Source: Promethearchaeota archaeon
GTDB taxonomy: Archaea; Asgardarchaeota; Thorarchaeia; Thorarchaeales; Thorarchaeaceae
DNA length: 64,000 bases
Assembly (NCBI GenBank): GCA_014728035.1
Contig: WJMJ01000123.1
Location: forward strand, 40,299-104,298
Direction: 5' to 3'
The notes beneath the pieces are model-generated. The model was not told the origin of the DNA and did not search any database. It saw only the letters and a program-made list of their open reading frames with translations. Shown here piece by piece: positions 10,698-20,680 of the stretch. Position numbers and translations under genes: made by a program. The number at the start of each line of letters is the position of its first letter. The stretch's first letter is position 1.

Positions 10698-10810
10698 TTT
10701 AGATTGATACCAATCTAACTATGAGAGTTGGTACAGCTGAGGTAATACTCACTTCCACAGGGGACAGACTTATCTATCATATTACATGGCGATAAATTGG
10801 GGCAAGTTCT

Positions 10811-11068
10811 ATGGCTAAATCATGTCCTCTCTGTCGGGCCAAAACAAAAATCAGGTGTGATAAATGCAGGAACGAATTCTGTCACGATCATGCCATCAAA
10901 TGTCCAAATTGTGGAACAATTACATGTATCAGAGACTTGGGGAAATCCATCAAATGTCCTCAATGTGAGGAGAAGTTGGATGTTTGTCCGGAATGTATGC
11001 TAGCTGGAAAACTTGTTCGTACCATAAAAGATGCTGATATATGTCCTGAATGTGGATGGAATGGCTAA
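10811..11068 (+). CDS. Multi-CxxC zinc-finger protein
   Basis: Repeated CxxC/CxxH pairs: CPLC, CDKC, CHDH, CPNC, CPQC, CPEC twice. Confidence 0.7.
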   Translation: MAKSCPLCRAKTKIRCDKCRNEFCHDHAIKCPNCGTITCIRDLGKSIKCPQCEEKLDVCPECMLAGKLVRTIKDADICPECGWNG

Positions 11069-11310
11069 TAGAGAACCAGAATAATATAGGAAATAAATGC
11101 GACAAATAGGATAGCCATTATTATTTTTCCTTTATCTCCAAAGCCCCATACAATAGGGATGGGACCTATTAGTATAATGCCTTTGTGATCAGTTCTCCCA
11201 GAATCATGTTGTCCATTCTTATTGGATTGAATAATACCTAAAATAATCAAAATAATTCCAACGATAATTATCGCCATTGATAGTATTTGTAATGAAAAAA
11301 TACTCTGCAC
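11065..11310 (-). CDS. DUF131/TIGR00304 family membrane protein
   Basis: GIILIGPIPIVWG signature between two TM helices. Confidence 0.85.
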   Translation of the reverse strand: MQSIFSLQILSMAIIIVGIILIILGIIQSNKNGQHDSGRTDHKGIILIGPIPIVWGFGDKGKIIMAILFVAFISYIILVLY

Positions 11311-11882
11311 TACAATCTCCTCTTTGTTCTTGTATCGAGTACTTTCTCAGGCAGTGCAAATTCCATACGTTCGTATCCCCCTACCTCTTCTCCCTCCAGT
11401 GCCCAAAGAACGACAAGATCATTATAGATTTCAAACTCAAGCATGGTATCGATATCTGTAATCTTAGTACCCGCAGGAAAACGCCATATTATTTCAAAAT
11501 CATAGGGAGCAATCTCCTCTTCTAACCATGTTACAATTTTGTTTTCTCCCTCCTTGAATCTTCCTGCGAAATCAATCATGTAAGTCACAGCTACAACATC
11601 ACTAACACCTTTGGGAAAGATATCAACATATACAACATTGGAACGAACTCTTTCTGTATTTATCTCAACTCGTTCTTTATCAAGATAATATTGCATGTTG
11701 TCAGCTAGTTTTTCGATTTCTTTTCCAAATAGTTCCTCGTCACGAAGCACTCGTTTGTAATAACCATCTGGGTCCAAGTATTCAAAGGATAATTTCTCAT
11801 GTATCTCTCCAGATATTGCCACAGAGAAAAATGAATCCGCATGGATAGGTTCAACCATCTCAGAGAGTTCAATCTCGAACAT
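11310..11882 (-). CDS. Conserved archaeal hypothetical protein
   Basis: Acidic 190-aa ORF tightly coupled within the minus-strand operon. Confidence 0.65.
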   Translation of the reverse strand: MFEIELSEMVEPIHADSFFSVAISGEIHEKLSFEYLDPDGYYKRVLRDEELFGKEIEKLADNMQYYLDKERVEINTERVRSNVVYVDIFPKGVSDVVAVTYMIDFAGRFKEGENKIVTWLEEEIAPYDFEIIWRFPAGTKITDIDTMLEFEIYNDLVVLWALEGEEVGGYERMEFALPEKVLDTRTKRRL

Positions 11883-11886
11883 ATTA

Positions 11887-12891
11887 TCACTCCAGTGGAA
11901 CAGCTGTTATACCTTCTTCATGAAGATGAGATGCAAGAATACCCGCATTTCCTGTAAAAACGTATGCTATTCTTGGATCGACATCCTTTGCAAATTGAAT
12001 CAAATTTGGAAAGTCAGTATGAGCACTTAGTGGAAAGCCTTTGCCCTTCATTCCTCCGAGTGTCCAGCCGGACAATGAATATGTTAATGCTTTATGTTTA
12101 ACTTCTCGAAATAGGTCAACACCTAAAATTTTCCTGATGTTTGTGAACGTATGTGCAGGTGATGAGCTTACAATAGCACAACCCTCATCAAGGTGGTCAA
12201 TTACATCTCCAGACCGTAATGATACTGCGGTCAATTCAGCACCATGTTTATTGTAAGCCTCATTTACCGAGTCGATTGTTCCATTTCCACTCACCACGGG
12301 TATTCCTCTATATTGTAATAATGCAATTGCTTCTTGCGCTTTTCCAAGAGAGTATGCTTGGAAAATGGGAATTTTTCCACGATTGATTTCTTCAGTTGCA
12401 GTTTTCAGGATATCAAAGTAAGTCTTCTCCCGTTTAGGAAAAATCCATTCGGGAGACCCATATGTTGCTTCTGTAATGAGTACATCTGCATCTATTGGTA
12501 CCGCTGCGTTGTGCACCAAACTATCCTCCACATTGAAGTCTCCCGTATAAAGAACTGATAGGTCATCATCAAACTCAAGCAAGAACATGGTGGAACCCAG
12601 AACATGTCCTGCATCATAGGCAGTTATTTTGACACCTAGTTGTCCTGTTGATTCACCATAATCAATGATTCTTCTTTCACAGTCAACTTTTCCCTTTCTT
12701 GCTTCAAGTGTATCAAAAGTGCCTTCTGTTGCAATAACACAATGTGCAAGGTCAAGTCGTCCAATATGATCTGCATGTGAATGTGATATGAGTGAGGTTT
12801 CGTTTTGTACTCCCGTATCAAGACCTAATCTTACATGCCCATATTTCAAAAGAAAACCGGTACTTTGTTTCACAAGTTCTAATGTGGGCAT
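11887..12891 (-). CDS. MBL-fold (beta-CASP-like) nuclease
   Basis: SHSHADH, AGHVLGS, YTGDF, EATYG, YSLGKAQE, LSAHTDF. Confidence 0.88.
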   Translation of the reverse strand: MPTLELVKQSTGFLLKYGHVRLGLDTGVQNETSLISHSHADHIGRLDLAHCVIATEGTFDTLEARKGKVDCERRIIDYGESTGQLGVKITAYDAGHVLGSTMFLLEFDDDLSVLYTGDFNVEDSLVHNAAVPIDADVLITEATYGSPEWIFPKREKTYFDILKTATEEINRGKIPIFQAYSLGKAQEAIALLQYRGIPVVSGNGTIDSVNEAYNKHGAELTAVSLRSGDVIDHLDEGCAIVSSSPAHTFTNIRKILGVDLFREVKHKALTYSLSGWTLGGMKGKGFPLSAHTDFPNLIQFAKDVDPRIAYVFTGNAGILASHLHEEGITAVPLE

Positions 12892-12963
12892 AGATTAAAT
12901 TCGTCCTATCTGTGCTTTGTCATCCAAATATAAAACCAATATGACTCTCTCGTTATGACAGCG

Positions 12964-13848
12964 TCAGAGATTTTTTCTATATAGGTCCAATTCTTGAATT
13001 TCTGCCTTAGTTTGTAACATTTCCTCCATCATGTCTATCATTTGCATCTGCTCTTTTCCAACGATGGGAAGTTCAATGGAATTCACGTTTCCTAGTTTGT
13101 TTACTATAATACGAAGTGAATCATCTATGGAAACATCTTTACTAATGAATAATGGTGAAATAATGCCGGTCTCTGCTATTCTCAACAAACCTGCAGAAGC
13201 AACAACTACATCTTCAATAGTCCGAGTATGAAACGAGTTGCTTTTGAGCATAATATCTCTCAATAACCAGACTTGTGAGAAGTTCAGTCCTGTTTCTTTT
13301 CTAAGATCCCACATAAGTTTTCGACTACCGTCTATGTTCGGTTTTTTGTCCCAAGGGCTGTACTCATTATTTTCAGGAATGATGATATCTTCTAATGTAG
13401 CTTTGTAGAGGATGTCGGTTTTTTCGAAATTTAGAGTTTCAAGTGATTTTGCTGTCCAACATGCTAGCTCGGTTGATATGGGGAATGGAAGATTTGTGGT
13501 ATCATCTGAAGGATTTACGATTGCATCCACATTCCTTATTGCCATACTTTTGAAAAATGGAAGTGATGATTTAATCAGGTGTGCTACGACTCCTTTCCTG
13601 AATGTTTTCTCCAAAGACAAAAATACTAGAGCCATTGCTAATCGGACTCTATCTCTGTAGACTGCGGTACCTCCGATGTTTTTACCCTCAACTGATGAAA
13701 TGAAATACATACTGTCTTCAAGCTGCATAAACTCAACTGCATATTCAGTAAATAGACTTCTCTTCTGACTATCTGGACAACATACTTCAATCCAGGTTTC
13801 AATCTCATCAGACCGCAATCGTCTATTATACATCACAGGATCTGTCAT
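12964..13848 (-). CDS. Hypothetical protein, possibly GNAT-like fold
   Basis: FRKGVVAHLI resembles a degenerate acetyl-CoA loop; coupled to mer. Confidence 0.45.
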   Translation of the reverse strand: MTDPVMYNRRLRSDEIETWIEVCCPDSQKRSLFTEYAVEFMQLEDSMYFISSVEGKNIGGTAVYRDRVRLAMALVFLSLEKTFRKGVVAHLIKSSLPFFKSMAIRNVDAIVNPSDDTTNLPFPISTELACWTAKSLETLNFEKTDILYKATLEDIIIPENNEYSPWDKKPNIDGSRKLMWDLRKETGLNFSQVWLLRDIMLKSNSFHTRTIEDVVVASAGLLRIAETGIISPLFISKDVSIDDSLRIIVNKLGNVNSIELPIVGKEQMQMIDMMEEMLQTKAEIQELDLYRKNL

Positions 13849-14921
13849 GAGTAATCCCTCTCACGAAAAATAGGGATTATTTCTTTTCCTATTTTCTCTA
13901 TAGCTTTTCTTTTATCAGGCCCAATAGGTGATCCTACAATGAAATGGGTTACCCCTACATCTTCCATTTCATGAATCCGATTTATGCAGAACTCCTTATC
14001 TCCTACAATTGCAAAGGCATCAATCATTTCATCCGTGATTAAACTATCAAGGTCTCCATACCTTTTTTCTGATAGTGCGTTTTTAACGGCATCACATTGC
14101 TCGAAATTGAGACTATGGCGTTCAAGAACCGAACTTGGAGAACCTGCAACAATGAAAGCAACAACCATTTTTGTATCACCCTTTAGTGCATCTTGATAGC
14201 TGTCTGCAATACTGAAAGCTGTATATGCTCCGATATCCAAATCCTTGATATCTCGCCCAGATTGATTTACTCCCTCTTTTATGAGTTTCATTGCAATCTC
14301 GATGTCTTTTGGATGACTCGCATTGGTGAGGATGCCATCTGCTAGAGTAGCAGTTTTTTTCAGCATCATCGGTCCTTGTGCACCAGCATAAATTGGAATT
14401 CTTCTTCCACTAATAACCTCCTTTCCGTCCTTCAGGATTCTCTTGCCATCCTTGTCAACTTGATGTTCCTTCTTTACATGGGATAGTTTTGCTCCACGAA
14501 TATCAAACACACGTCCATGAAATCTTACCCTTTCACCATTGATGAGCTTTCTCAAAATTTGAATTCCCTCAATGACTGTCGTGACAGGTAGATTCCATTG
14601 TATTCCCAATGTTTCCAGAGTCATTCTGTCTCCAGCGCCCAATCCAACTGCTGTTCTCCCTTCAGTCAGCTCATCAATAGTAACTATTGCTGCAGCTGAA
14701 AGAGCTGGACTTGTATGAAATGGATTAGTAACACCCGGACCAATGGTTACTTTACTAGTATTCAATGCAATTGCTGTCAGAGTTACCCATAGGTTACGAT
14801 TATTGAAGTGGTCAGTAATCCAGATGTTATCAAATCCCACAGATTCCGCTATTTTTGACCAATTTACTATTTGATTCACTGGCTCATCTGGTACAAATTC
14901 AATTCCAAATCGCAAAGACAA
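13845..14921 (-). CDS. mer: F420-dependent 5,10-methylenetetrahydromethanopterin reductase (LLM family)
   Basis: FGIEFVP, WITDHFNNRN, GPGVTNP, AGAQGPMML, NASHPKD, GSPIGPD. Confidence 0.85.
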   Translation of the reverse strand: MSLRFGIEFVPDEPVNQIVNWSKIAESVGFDNIWITDHFNNRNLWVTLTAIALNTSKVTIGPGVTNPFHTSPALSAAAIVTIDELTEGRTAVGLGAGDRMTLETLGIQWNLPVTTVIEGIQILRKLINGERVRFHGRVFDIRGAKLSHVKKEHQVDKDGKRILKDGKEVISGRRIPIYAGAQGPMMLKKTATLADGILTNASHPKDIEIAMKLIKEGVNQSGRDIKDLDIGAYTAFSIADSYQDALKGDTKMVVAFIVAGSPSSVLERHSLNFEQCDAVKNALSEKRYGDLDSLITDEMIDAFAIVGDKEFCINRIHEMEDVGVTHFIVGSPIGPDKRKAIEKIGKEIIPIFRERDYS

Positions 14922-15050
14922 TCAGCTCCTGAGAAGGTGCAATGCAATCTTTGAAACATATTTATTCTTGATAAGATTATGGCACTTTTGATGCTCTATA
15001 TCGCAATCCTTATCCTTTTGGATGCTTAGTCTTTCGTATATTTACTTGAG

Positions 15051-16049
15051 GTGGAAATAATACAAAGTTTGATTCTTACAGATGATGGGCTCCATCTTGC
15101 AGACGTTCCAATTCCGAGTCTACTTCCAGGAGAGATTAAAATTGAAGTTCGGTATGTTGGCTTATGTGGGACTGATGTTTCAATATGGAAAGGCGACCAT
15201 AATGTAAATCTCCCTCTGGTATTAGGACACGAATTTACAGGCGTAATTCACCAAAGTACTATTCCACAATTCAAGGTAGGCAGTTTAGTCACCGCTGAAA
15301 CAGCCATCTCATGTGGCTCCTGTTGGTATTGTACTAACAATATGACTAGACATTGCAAAAAACGTGAGACCCTCGGAATCACTACTGATGGTGCTCTCTC
15401 GGAATTTCTGACAGTACCCTCTGAGATTGTTCATGTATTACCTCCCGATATTGATTCTGTTTCAGGAACCTTTGTAGAGCCTATTGCTTCTGCTATTCAA
15501 ACTCGTATTAAGACTCCAGTTGATGATGGTGAACCAATGGTGATAATTGGGTGTGGAAAACTAGGACTCATCATTGCTCAGGTGTATGATGCTGTAGGAG
15601 CTGAAGTATATCTTCTTGATAAGAATCCATGGAAACTAGGTCTTGCAAAACAACTTGGATTTCGTCGTACTATAGATGTCACAACAGCTGATTGGTCATC
15701 TGCAATTCTAGATGAAACATACGGTGTAGGTCCACGGGTTGTAGTCGAAGCAACTGGAACCGCAAAAGGACTTGATATGGCATTGGATATCGTTCGGAAC
15801 AATGGTGTTATCGCACTAAAGAGTAAACATAGTGATAGATCGAGCATTGATCCCAGTCAACTTGCTGCTCGTGAGGTGCAATTGCAGGGTTCTGCAGACG
15901 GACCATTTGACATTGCTATTGATATGCTTAACAAGGGTAGAATTGAGGTTAAACGCTTAGTTACAAAGCATTTTCCACTTGAGGACTCCCAGAAAGCTTT
16001 TGAGTATGCTGCAAAACCAGATGTCAATAAGGTCATCATAGGTATTTGA
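15051..16049 (+). CDS. Zn-dependent medium-chain alcohol dehydrogenase
   Basis: GLCGTD, LGHEF, CGSCWYC..C, GCGKLG. Confidence 0.9.
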   Translation: MEIIQSLILTDDGLHLADVPIPSLLPGEIKIEVRYVGLCGTDVSIWKGDHNVNLPLVLGHEFTGVIHQSTIPQFKVGSLVTAETAISCGSCWYCTNNMTRHCKKRETLGITTDGALSEFLTVPSEIVHVLPPDIDSVSGTFVEPIASAIQTRIKTPVDDGEPMVIIGCGKLGLIIAQVYDAVGAEVYLLDKNPWKLGLAKQLGFRRTIDVTTADWSSAILDETYGVGPRVVVEATGTAKGLDMALDIVRNNGVIALKSKHSDRSSIDPSQLAAREVQLQGSADGPFDIAIDMLNKGRIEVKRLVTKHFPLEDSQKAFEYAAKPDVNKVIIGI

Positions 16050-16052
16050 AGT

Positions 16053-17336
16053 GTGGTAGTTTTGGAAGAATATACTGTCGATTTACACATTCATAGTCTC
16101 CATTCAATTGGAGTAAGCAATAAAATGACAATACCAAATTTAGCAAAGGGTGCTGAACAAAAAGGAATTCGCATTTTGGGCACCGGTGACGCGACCCAGC
16201 CAGATTGGTTAGATCATATTAAGAAAACACTTCATCAAAACGATGGATATTTGGAATATGATTCCACTATCTTTCTTCCAACTGTTGAGTTTGAAGATGA
16301 AGAATCAATACATCATGTTATCCTTCTTCCGAATTTAGAATCTGTTGACAGACTAAGAAACCTTGTGAAATCTGATTCACCCAATTTGGATGACGAATGG
16401 GGTGGTCGACCAAGGGTGAATCTTGGTGGTGAAGAAATTGCTGGACATGTTCGTGATGTAGGAGGAATGATAGGCCCAGCTCATGCTTTTACTCCCTTTA
16501 AAGCAATATTTCGTGAAAACAAACATGATAGTCTCGAAAGTTGTTATGCGTCTGAAACAGAGAATATCCATTTTATCGAACTTGGACTATCAGCAGACAG
16601 TGAAACTGCAGATTATATCCCCGAACTGAGAAAACTAACATATATAACATCAAGCGATGCTCACTCTCCGACTCCTAACAAGCTTGGTAGGGAATTCGTG
16701 CAATTTGTTATGAAAGATCCCAGCTTTGAAGAACTAAAGAAAGCAATTATTCGAAACGGGGGGAGAAAACCAACTTTGAATCTTGGATTCAATCCCCGCT
16801 TAGGAAAATACTTCCTTTCATTCTGTTCCTCTTGTCGAAAGACCCTAGTTATCAAAGATGGAGATGCTCCTCCATCGTTCGACGAATTAAATGTATATTT
16901 CAGCTGCAAAAACGAAGAGGACGCACGGAATCTTATTGATGGTATTCATAGGAGAAAAATATTCTGTCCAGACTGTGGAAAAAAAATGCGGCTTGGAGTT
17001 AGAGACCGGGCAAGGATGATTGGCGAATTGGAGAGCAAGAAACCCACTCATAGACCTCCTTATCTCTATATTCCTCCTCTTCTAGACCTTATCTCCACAG
17101 CAATTGGTGTGAAGTCAACAAGTTCCAAATCCGTCAGAAATCTATATGGGAAAATTATCGAATCAATGGGGCCGGAATCTTCAGTTCTTACAAAAGGCTC
17201 AATTGAGTTACTTAAGGAACATGATGAGCGGTTGGCAAAAATAGTTCATGCCTATCGTAATGGTGATGTTAGCTATATATCTGGTGGCGGAGGTAGATAC
17301 GGTAAAATAATAGCACCTTGGGAGTCTCAAAAATGA
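16053..17336 (+). CDS. endoQ: Endonuclease Q (TIGR00375, PHP domain + Zn finger)
   Basis: DLHIHS, GTGD, GPAHAFTP, ELGLSAD, SDAHSP, CSSC/CPDC, GGGGRYG. Confidence 0.85.
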   Translation: MVVLEEYTVDLHIHSLHSIGVSNKMTIPNLAKGAEQKGIRILGTGDATQPDWLDHIKKTLHQNDGYLEYDSTIFLPTVEFEDEESIHHVILLPNLESVDRLRNLVKSDSPNLDDEWGGRPRVNLGGEEIAGHVRDVGGMIGPAHAFTPFKAIFRENKHDSLESCYASETENIHFIELGLSADSETADYIPELRKLTYITSSDAHSPTPNKLGREFVQFVMKDPSFEELKKAIIRNGGRKPTLNLGFNPRLGKYFLSFCSSCRKTLVIKDGDAPPSFDELNVYFSCKNEEDARNLIDGIHRRKIFCPDCGKKMRLGVRDRARMIGELESKKPTHRPPYLYIPPLLDLISTAIGVKSTSSKSVRNLYGKIIESMGPESSVLTKGSIELLKEHDERLAKIVHAYRNGDVSYISGGGGRYGKIIAPWESQK

Positions 17337-17641
17337 CAGTGGTTAAAGGCGTTATCCGCGAGGTTGGAAAGAGTAGCGCAATGCGGATTTCTGCTAGAAG
17401 ATGGCATGCTTCAACACAAATAGTTGTTCAAGATCCAGAAACAAAGAAGACGTACAGTGTTAGAGTTTCATCAAAGACAATGGATCGTTGCCGTTTCCTT
17501 CCAAGAGTAGGTATCCCTGTTGTGATTCATGGTTATGTTGAAGAAGCAGAATTTGGACTCTCAGACTTTGTGGTTTCGAGGGTCACTCACATCAAACGTC
17601 AGGGTGCAGGCATTACAGATGTTCACTCGTTCGATGATTGA
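17333..17641 (+). CDS. Small OB-fold-like protein
   Basis: ATG overlaps the EndoQ stop (ATGA). Pattern VKGVI...VG..VVIHGYV is typical of OB folds. Confidence 0.55.
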   Translation: MTVVKGVIREVGKSSAMRISARRWHASTQIVVQDPETKKTYSVRVSSKTMDRCRFLPRVGIPVVIHGYVEEAEFGLSDFVVSRVTHIKRQGAGITDVHSFDD

Positions 17642-17649
17642 CATATTGT

Positions 17650-17964
17650 TTACTGCTCAACGATAATAAAAGATGGTGGTAAAATCCACTCTGATTTGCA
17701 TTTGGGGCAACGAGATGGTTTCTTGACACTTCTTCTTCCTTTAAACTCGAACTGGCATTTCCCACATGTAGGAGTTCGAGCTACGAGTTGCTTACCATCA
17801 TTTTGAACCGATTTTGCAATATGCTTCAAATCTTCAGTAACTAGCGACCTCTGTGGAATTTCAAGAATTTGACAAATCTCAGTGACTGTTAGTGGATGTT
17901 CGATTTCTTCCAGAAGTTCGGTAATTCTCTGCCTACGAGTCTGCATCTTGTGAAAATCTCTCAT
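17650..17964 (-). CDS. HTH + Zn-ribbon transcriptional regulator (PF0610/COG3357-like)
   Basis: TRRQRI..LL, DLKHIAKS, CGKC, PSRCPKCKSEWI. Confidence 0.85.
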   Translation of the reverse strand: MRDFHKMQTRRQRITELLEEIEHPLTVTEICQILEIPQRSLVTEDLKHIAKSVQNDGKQLVARTPTCGKCQFEFKGRRSVKKPSRCPKCKSEWILPPSFIIVEQ

Positions 17965-18063
17965 TGGATTGTTGCACTATTCTTTGTAGCTGTACAATCA
18001 TTTGAACAGTGTGTTCAAAACGTAGTGTGATATACTATTAAATCTACTATTGTCTTGATTATT

Positions 18064-18798
18064 ATGAAGGAGTATAGTGATGGATTCAGTAGGACTGCAA
18101 TAACTCTTGTTGTAATTGCTGTCGTTATTTCATCTGGAATTCTTGTTGTTTCCCTGATGCAACCAAACGGGAATACGACTACTACAACGACTACTACTAC
18201 CACAGCAACCAACAATGGTGCTGGATATGGTTCAGCTGCAGTTGACTATATTGAGAGTAGACGAGATGATGTTGTCTTCTATTGGTCAAGTAACAACACA
18301 CTGGTTAATGAAGACCTTAGCTCATATTATCAAGCTACAGAGCCTTCTGCTTTTGTTGATGGTGTATTTATCAATCAGACTGAAAGCGGAGCTGACATCA
18401 GTGTGTTATTTTCCCCGTATCATGAAAATATTGTTGGTGAGGGATCAATTGATTCTGATACCTATGAAACCATGAATGGAGCTCTTCTAGATGAGGGAAT
18501 TGGCCTTATGGAGGATGCTTCAACTCATCCTAGCAGTTTTCCGTCAACATGGCCAATCGAACTGTACATCTACATATTTTTTGATGACAATACCTTTTTC
18601 TATCTAGGACACACCAGCAGTGATGGATATGTCTTCATTCGAAATGGTACGTGGGATGGATTTACATCAGGTGGTGATCCATCTATTACTGGATTTGTTG
18701 GTGATGGACATTGGCTGATTGAAGGAGGTCATCTACAAACTGGAATTTCCTCTCTCTATTCAGTAATTACTAACAATGTTGATTATCCCGAAGCATGA
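18064..18798 (+). CDS. Membrane-anchored extracellular protein with poly-Thr linker
   Basis: N-terminal TM/signal helix, a T10 run, then an acidic domain. Confidence 0.65.
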   Translation: MKEYSDGFSRTAITLVVIAVVISSGILVVSLMQPNGNTTTTTTTTTTATNNGAGYGSAAVDYIESRRDDVVFYWSSNNTLVNEDLSSYYQATEPSAFVDGVFINQTESGADISVLFSPYHENIVGEGSIDSDTYETMNGALLDEGIGLMEDASTHPSSFPSTWPIELYIYIFFDDNTFFYLGHTSSDGYVFIRNGTWDGFTSGGDPSITGFVGDGHWLIEGGHLQTGISSLYSVITNNVDYPEA

Positions 18799-18822
18799 AT
18801 ATGCGACTGAAATCAATTCAGA

Positions 18823-19281
18823 TTGTTGAATCATGGGGATGAGGTAGTGAAACGGGAAACCATCTACAAGCTTGTGAAGGGCAGGACAATGAGTGTCTAT
18901 GCCCTTCTACTCACCAATGAAAAGATGGGAGTACGGGAGATACAACGCGAATTGGGATTTTCAAGTCCCAGTTTAGCTCTCCACCACTTGACTAAGCTTA
19001 TTGATTTAGAACTTATTGATAAAGATGAACACGGAGAATATTTTGTTACAAAGACTGTTCGGGTTGGCTCGCTATCTCTTTTCGTTCGTATAGGGCAGAA
19101 ATTGTTACCTAGATTTCTCTTTCTTATCGTTTTTGTTGCAAGTATGTTATTCCTGTATACGGCATTTTTCGTATCTACCCCTGTCGAAGGAAAAGATATC
19201 ATGTTCTATTCGTTATGCTTCATCTTCTTCATCGTGGTGGCTTATGAAACAAAACGTATCTGGAATTTGAAACCCGTCTAA
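18823..19281 (+). CDS. Winged-helix regulator with two C-terminal TM helices
   Basis: MGVREIQRELGFSSPSLALHHLTKL, then LPRFLF and TM segments. Confidence 0.8.
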   Translation: MLNHGDEVVKRETIYKLVKGRTMSVYALLLTNEKMGVREIQRELGFSSPSLALHHLTKLIDLELIDKDEHGEYFVTKTVRVGSLSLFVRIGQKLLPRFLFLIVFVASMLFLYTAFFVSTPVEGKDIMFYSLCFIFFIVVAYETKRIWNLKPV

Positions 19282-19360
19282 ACTCATTGGAATTGAGTGA
19301 TATGTCTAAATATTTAGATGATTCAATCTTATATTATATCATTAATAGAGCGAGGAATCT

Positions 19361-20620
19361 ATGTCCCAGAGTAAATTAGAACACACTCACCAGAGTAGTC
19401 TATCATTCAATGATAGGGTGTGTGCTAAATGTATGGGACATCGTTCACTATGTGGTGTCAAGCCTTGTCCATTACTTATGCGAGCTAAGTCTCTGGTAAA
19501 TCTAGACACCTCACTACGAGGTCTTGACTTGATTGGATCCTCACCACCTTCGGTATTCGTTGGATCTTATGGATATCCTAAAGTATTGATGGGGCCCTTA
19601 GTTCCACCTGTACGCGGTAGGGAAACTGAACTAATGGAACGACCTGATCTTTGGCTAACCAAATCTCTTGACCAAATTCTCTCGATCCGATTCAAGCTAG
19701 TTAGAACAAAATCTAGAATTCCTGTCCGTGAGCCAGTAGACCCTTCCAGGCTCCTTCATGATACACAGACTTTAGCCTTATCCGAGAAACCTACTGATTC
19801 GGATGCCACACTTCTGAAACGACCCAAGTTTACTAGTGTTTTCTCTGACAGAACCCTTCCAATTGGTCCTTCTGCACCTCTTGAAAAATTTCGACTGGAA
19901 GACAATCCTAGTGTTCCACGAAAAGTTGACAAGGTCACTTCTGATACTGATTTCAAAGCAGCTCCAGGTATAGTAGAATTATTTGACGAAGGGATTAAAC
20001 AGGAACACATTACTAGGTTATTATCGGTTGGTCTACTAGGTCAGAGAAAAGCACGAAAATTGGTTCCAACTGAGTGGAGTATAACTGCTATTGATGACAT
20101 TGTTGGAAAGGAATTACACAAACGAGTACTACGACTGCCATGGATTAATGATTACTATGTCTTAGGAGACTATGCACTAGGAAATACAGTAGTTCTTCTA
20201 TTCATGCCACGTGCATGGCAATTTGAAGCACTTGAGTGTTGGCTTTATGGAAAGAATTCCAACGTCATTAGCGATCACGAATTTTCAAAGGGTCGAACAA
20301 CTTATGCAAAGAATGTAGTTGGTGCTTACTATGCGACGCGACTCCCCTCTTTAGAGTATCTTACGAGCATCCGTCGTCAGGCTGGGGTAATTGTCTTTAT
20401 GGAGATCAATCCTCAAAAATGGGTGCCATTGGGAGTATGGCGTTTTCGCGAGATTGCTAGAAGAGCACTAACAAGAAAACCTCGAAGATACTCCACCTTA
20501 GAAGAAGCTATCTCTGAGGTGAGTAACTATCTTCGAAATCCAATAGAGAATTATCTCAATTCTTCAGTCTTATACAAAGAAGTCAAATCACAAACTATTC
20601 TTCCTGACTTCTTTACCTAG
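19361..20620 (+). CDS. nreA: Nre family DNA repair protein
   Basis: CAKC..LCG..PCP, SSPPSVFVG..GYPKV, LVPTEWSITA, C-terminal PIP box QTILPDFF. Confidence 0.9.
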   Translation: MSQSKLEHTHQSSLSFNDRVCAKCMGHRSLCGVKPCPLLMRAKSLVNLDTSLRGLDLIGSSPPSVFVGSYGYPKVLMGPLVPPVRGRETELMERPDLWLTKSLDQILSIRFKLVRTKSRIPVREPVDPSRLLHDTQTLALSEKPTDSDATLLKRPKFTSVFSDRTLPIGPSAPLEKFRLEDNPSVPRKVDKVTSDTDFKAAPGIVELFDEGIKQEHITRLLSVGLLGQRKARKLVPTEWSITAIDDIVGKELHKRVLRLPWINDYYVLGDYALGNTVVLLFMPRAWQFEALECWLYGKNSNVISDHEFSKGRTTYAKNVVGAYYATRLPSLEYLTSIRRQAGVIVFMEINPQKWVPLGVWRFREIARRALTRKPRRYSTLEEAISEVSNYLRNPIENYLNSSVLYKEVKSQTILPDFFT

Positions 20621-20680
20621 AGCATTCTTCTATATGAATCGTACATCTCTTTTATCTATGCATTCCATCTCACTATTATT

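Noticed and set aside
13845-14921. Methanogenesis inferred from mer
   Set aside because: Mer also serves the archaeal Wood-Ljungdahl pathway, and there are no mcr/mtr genes here.
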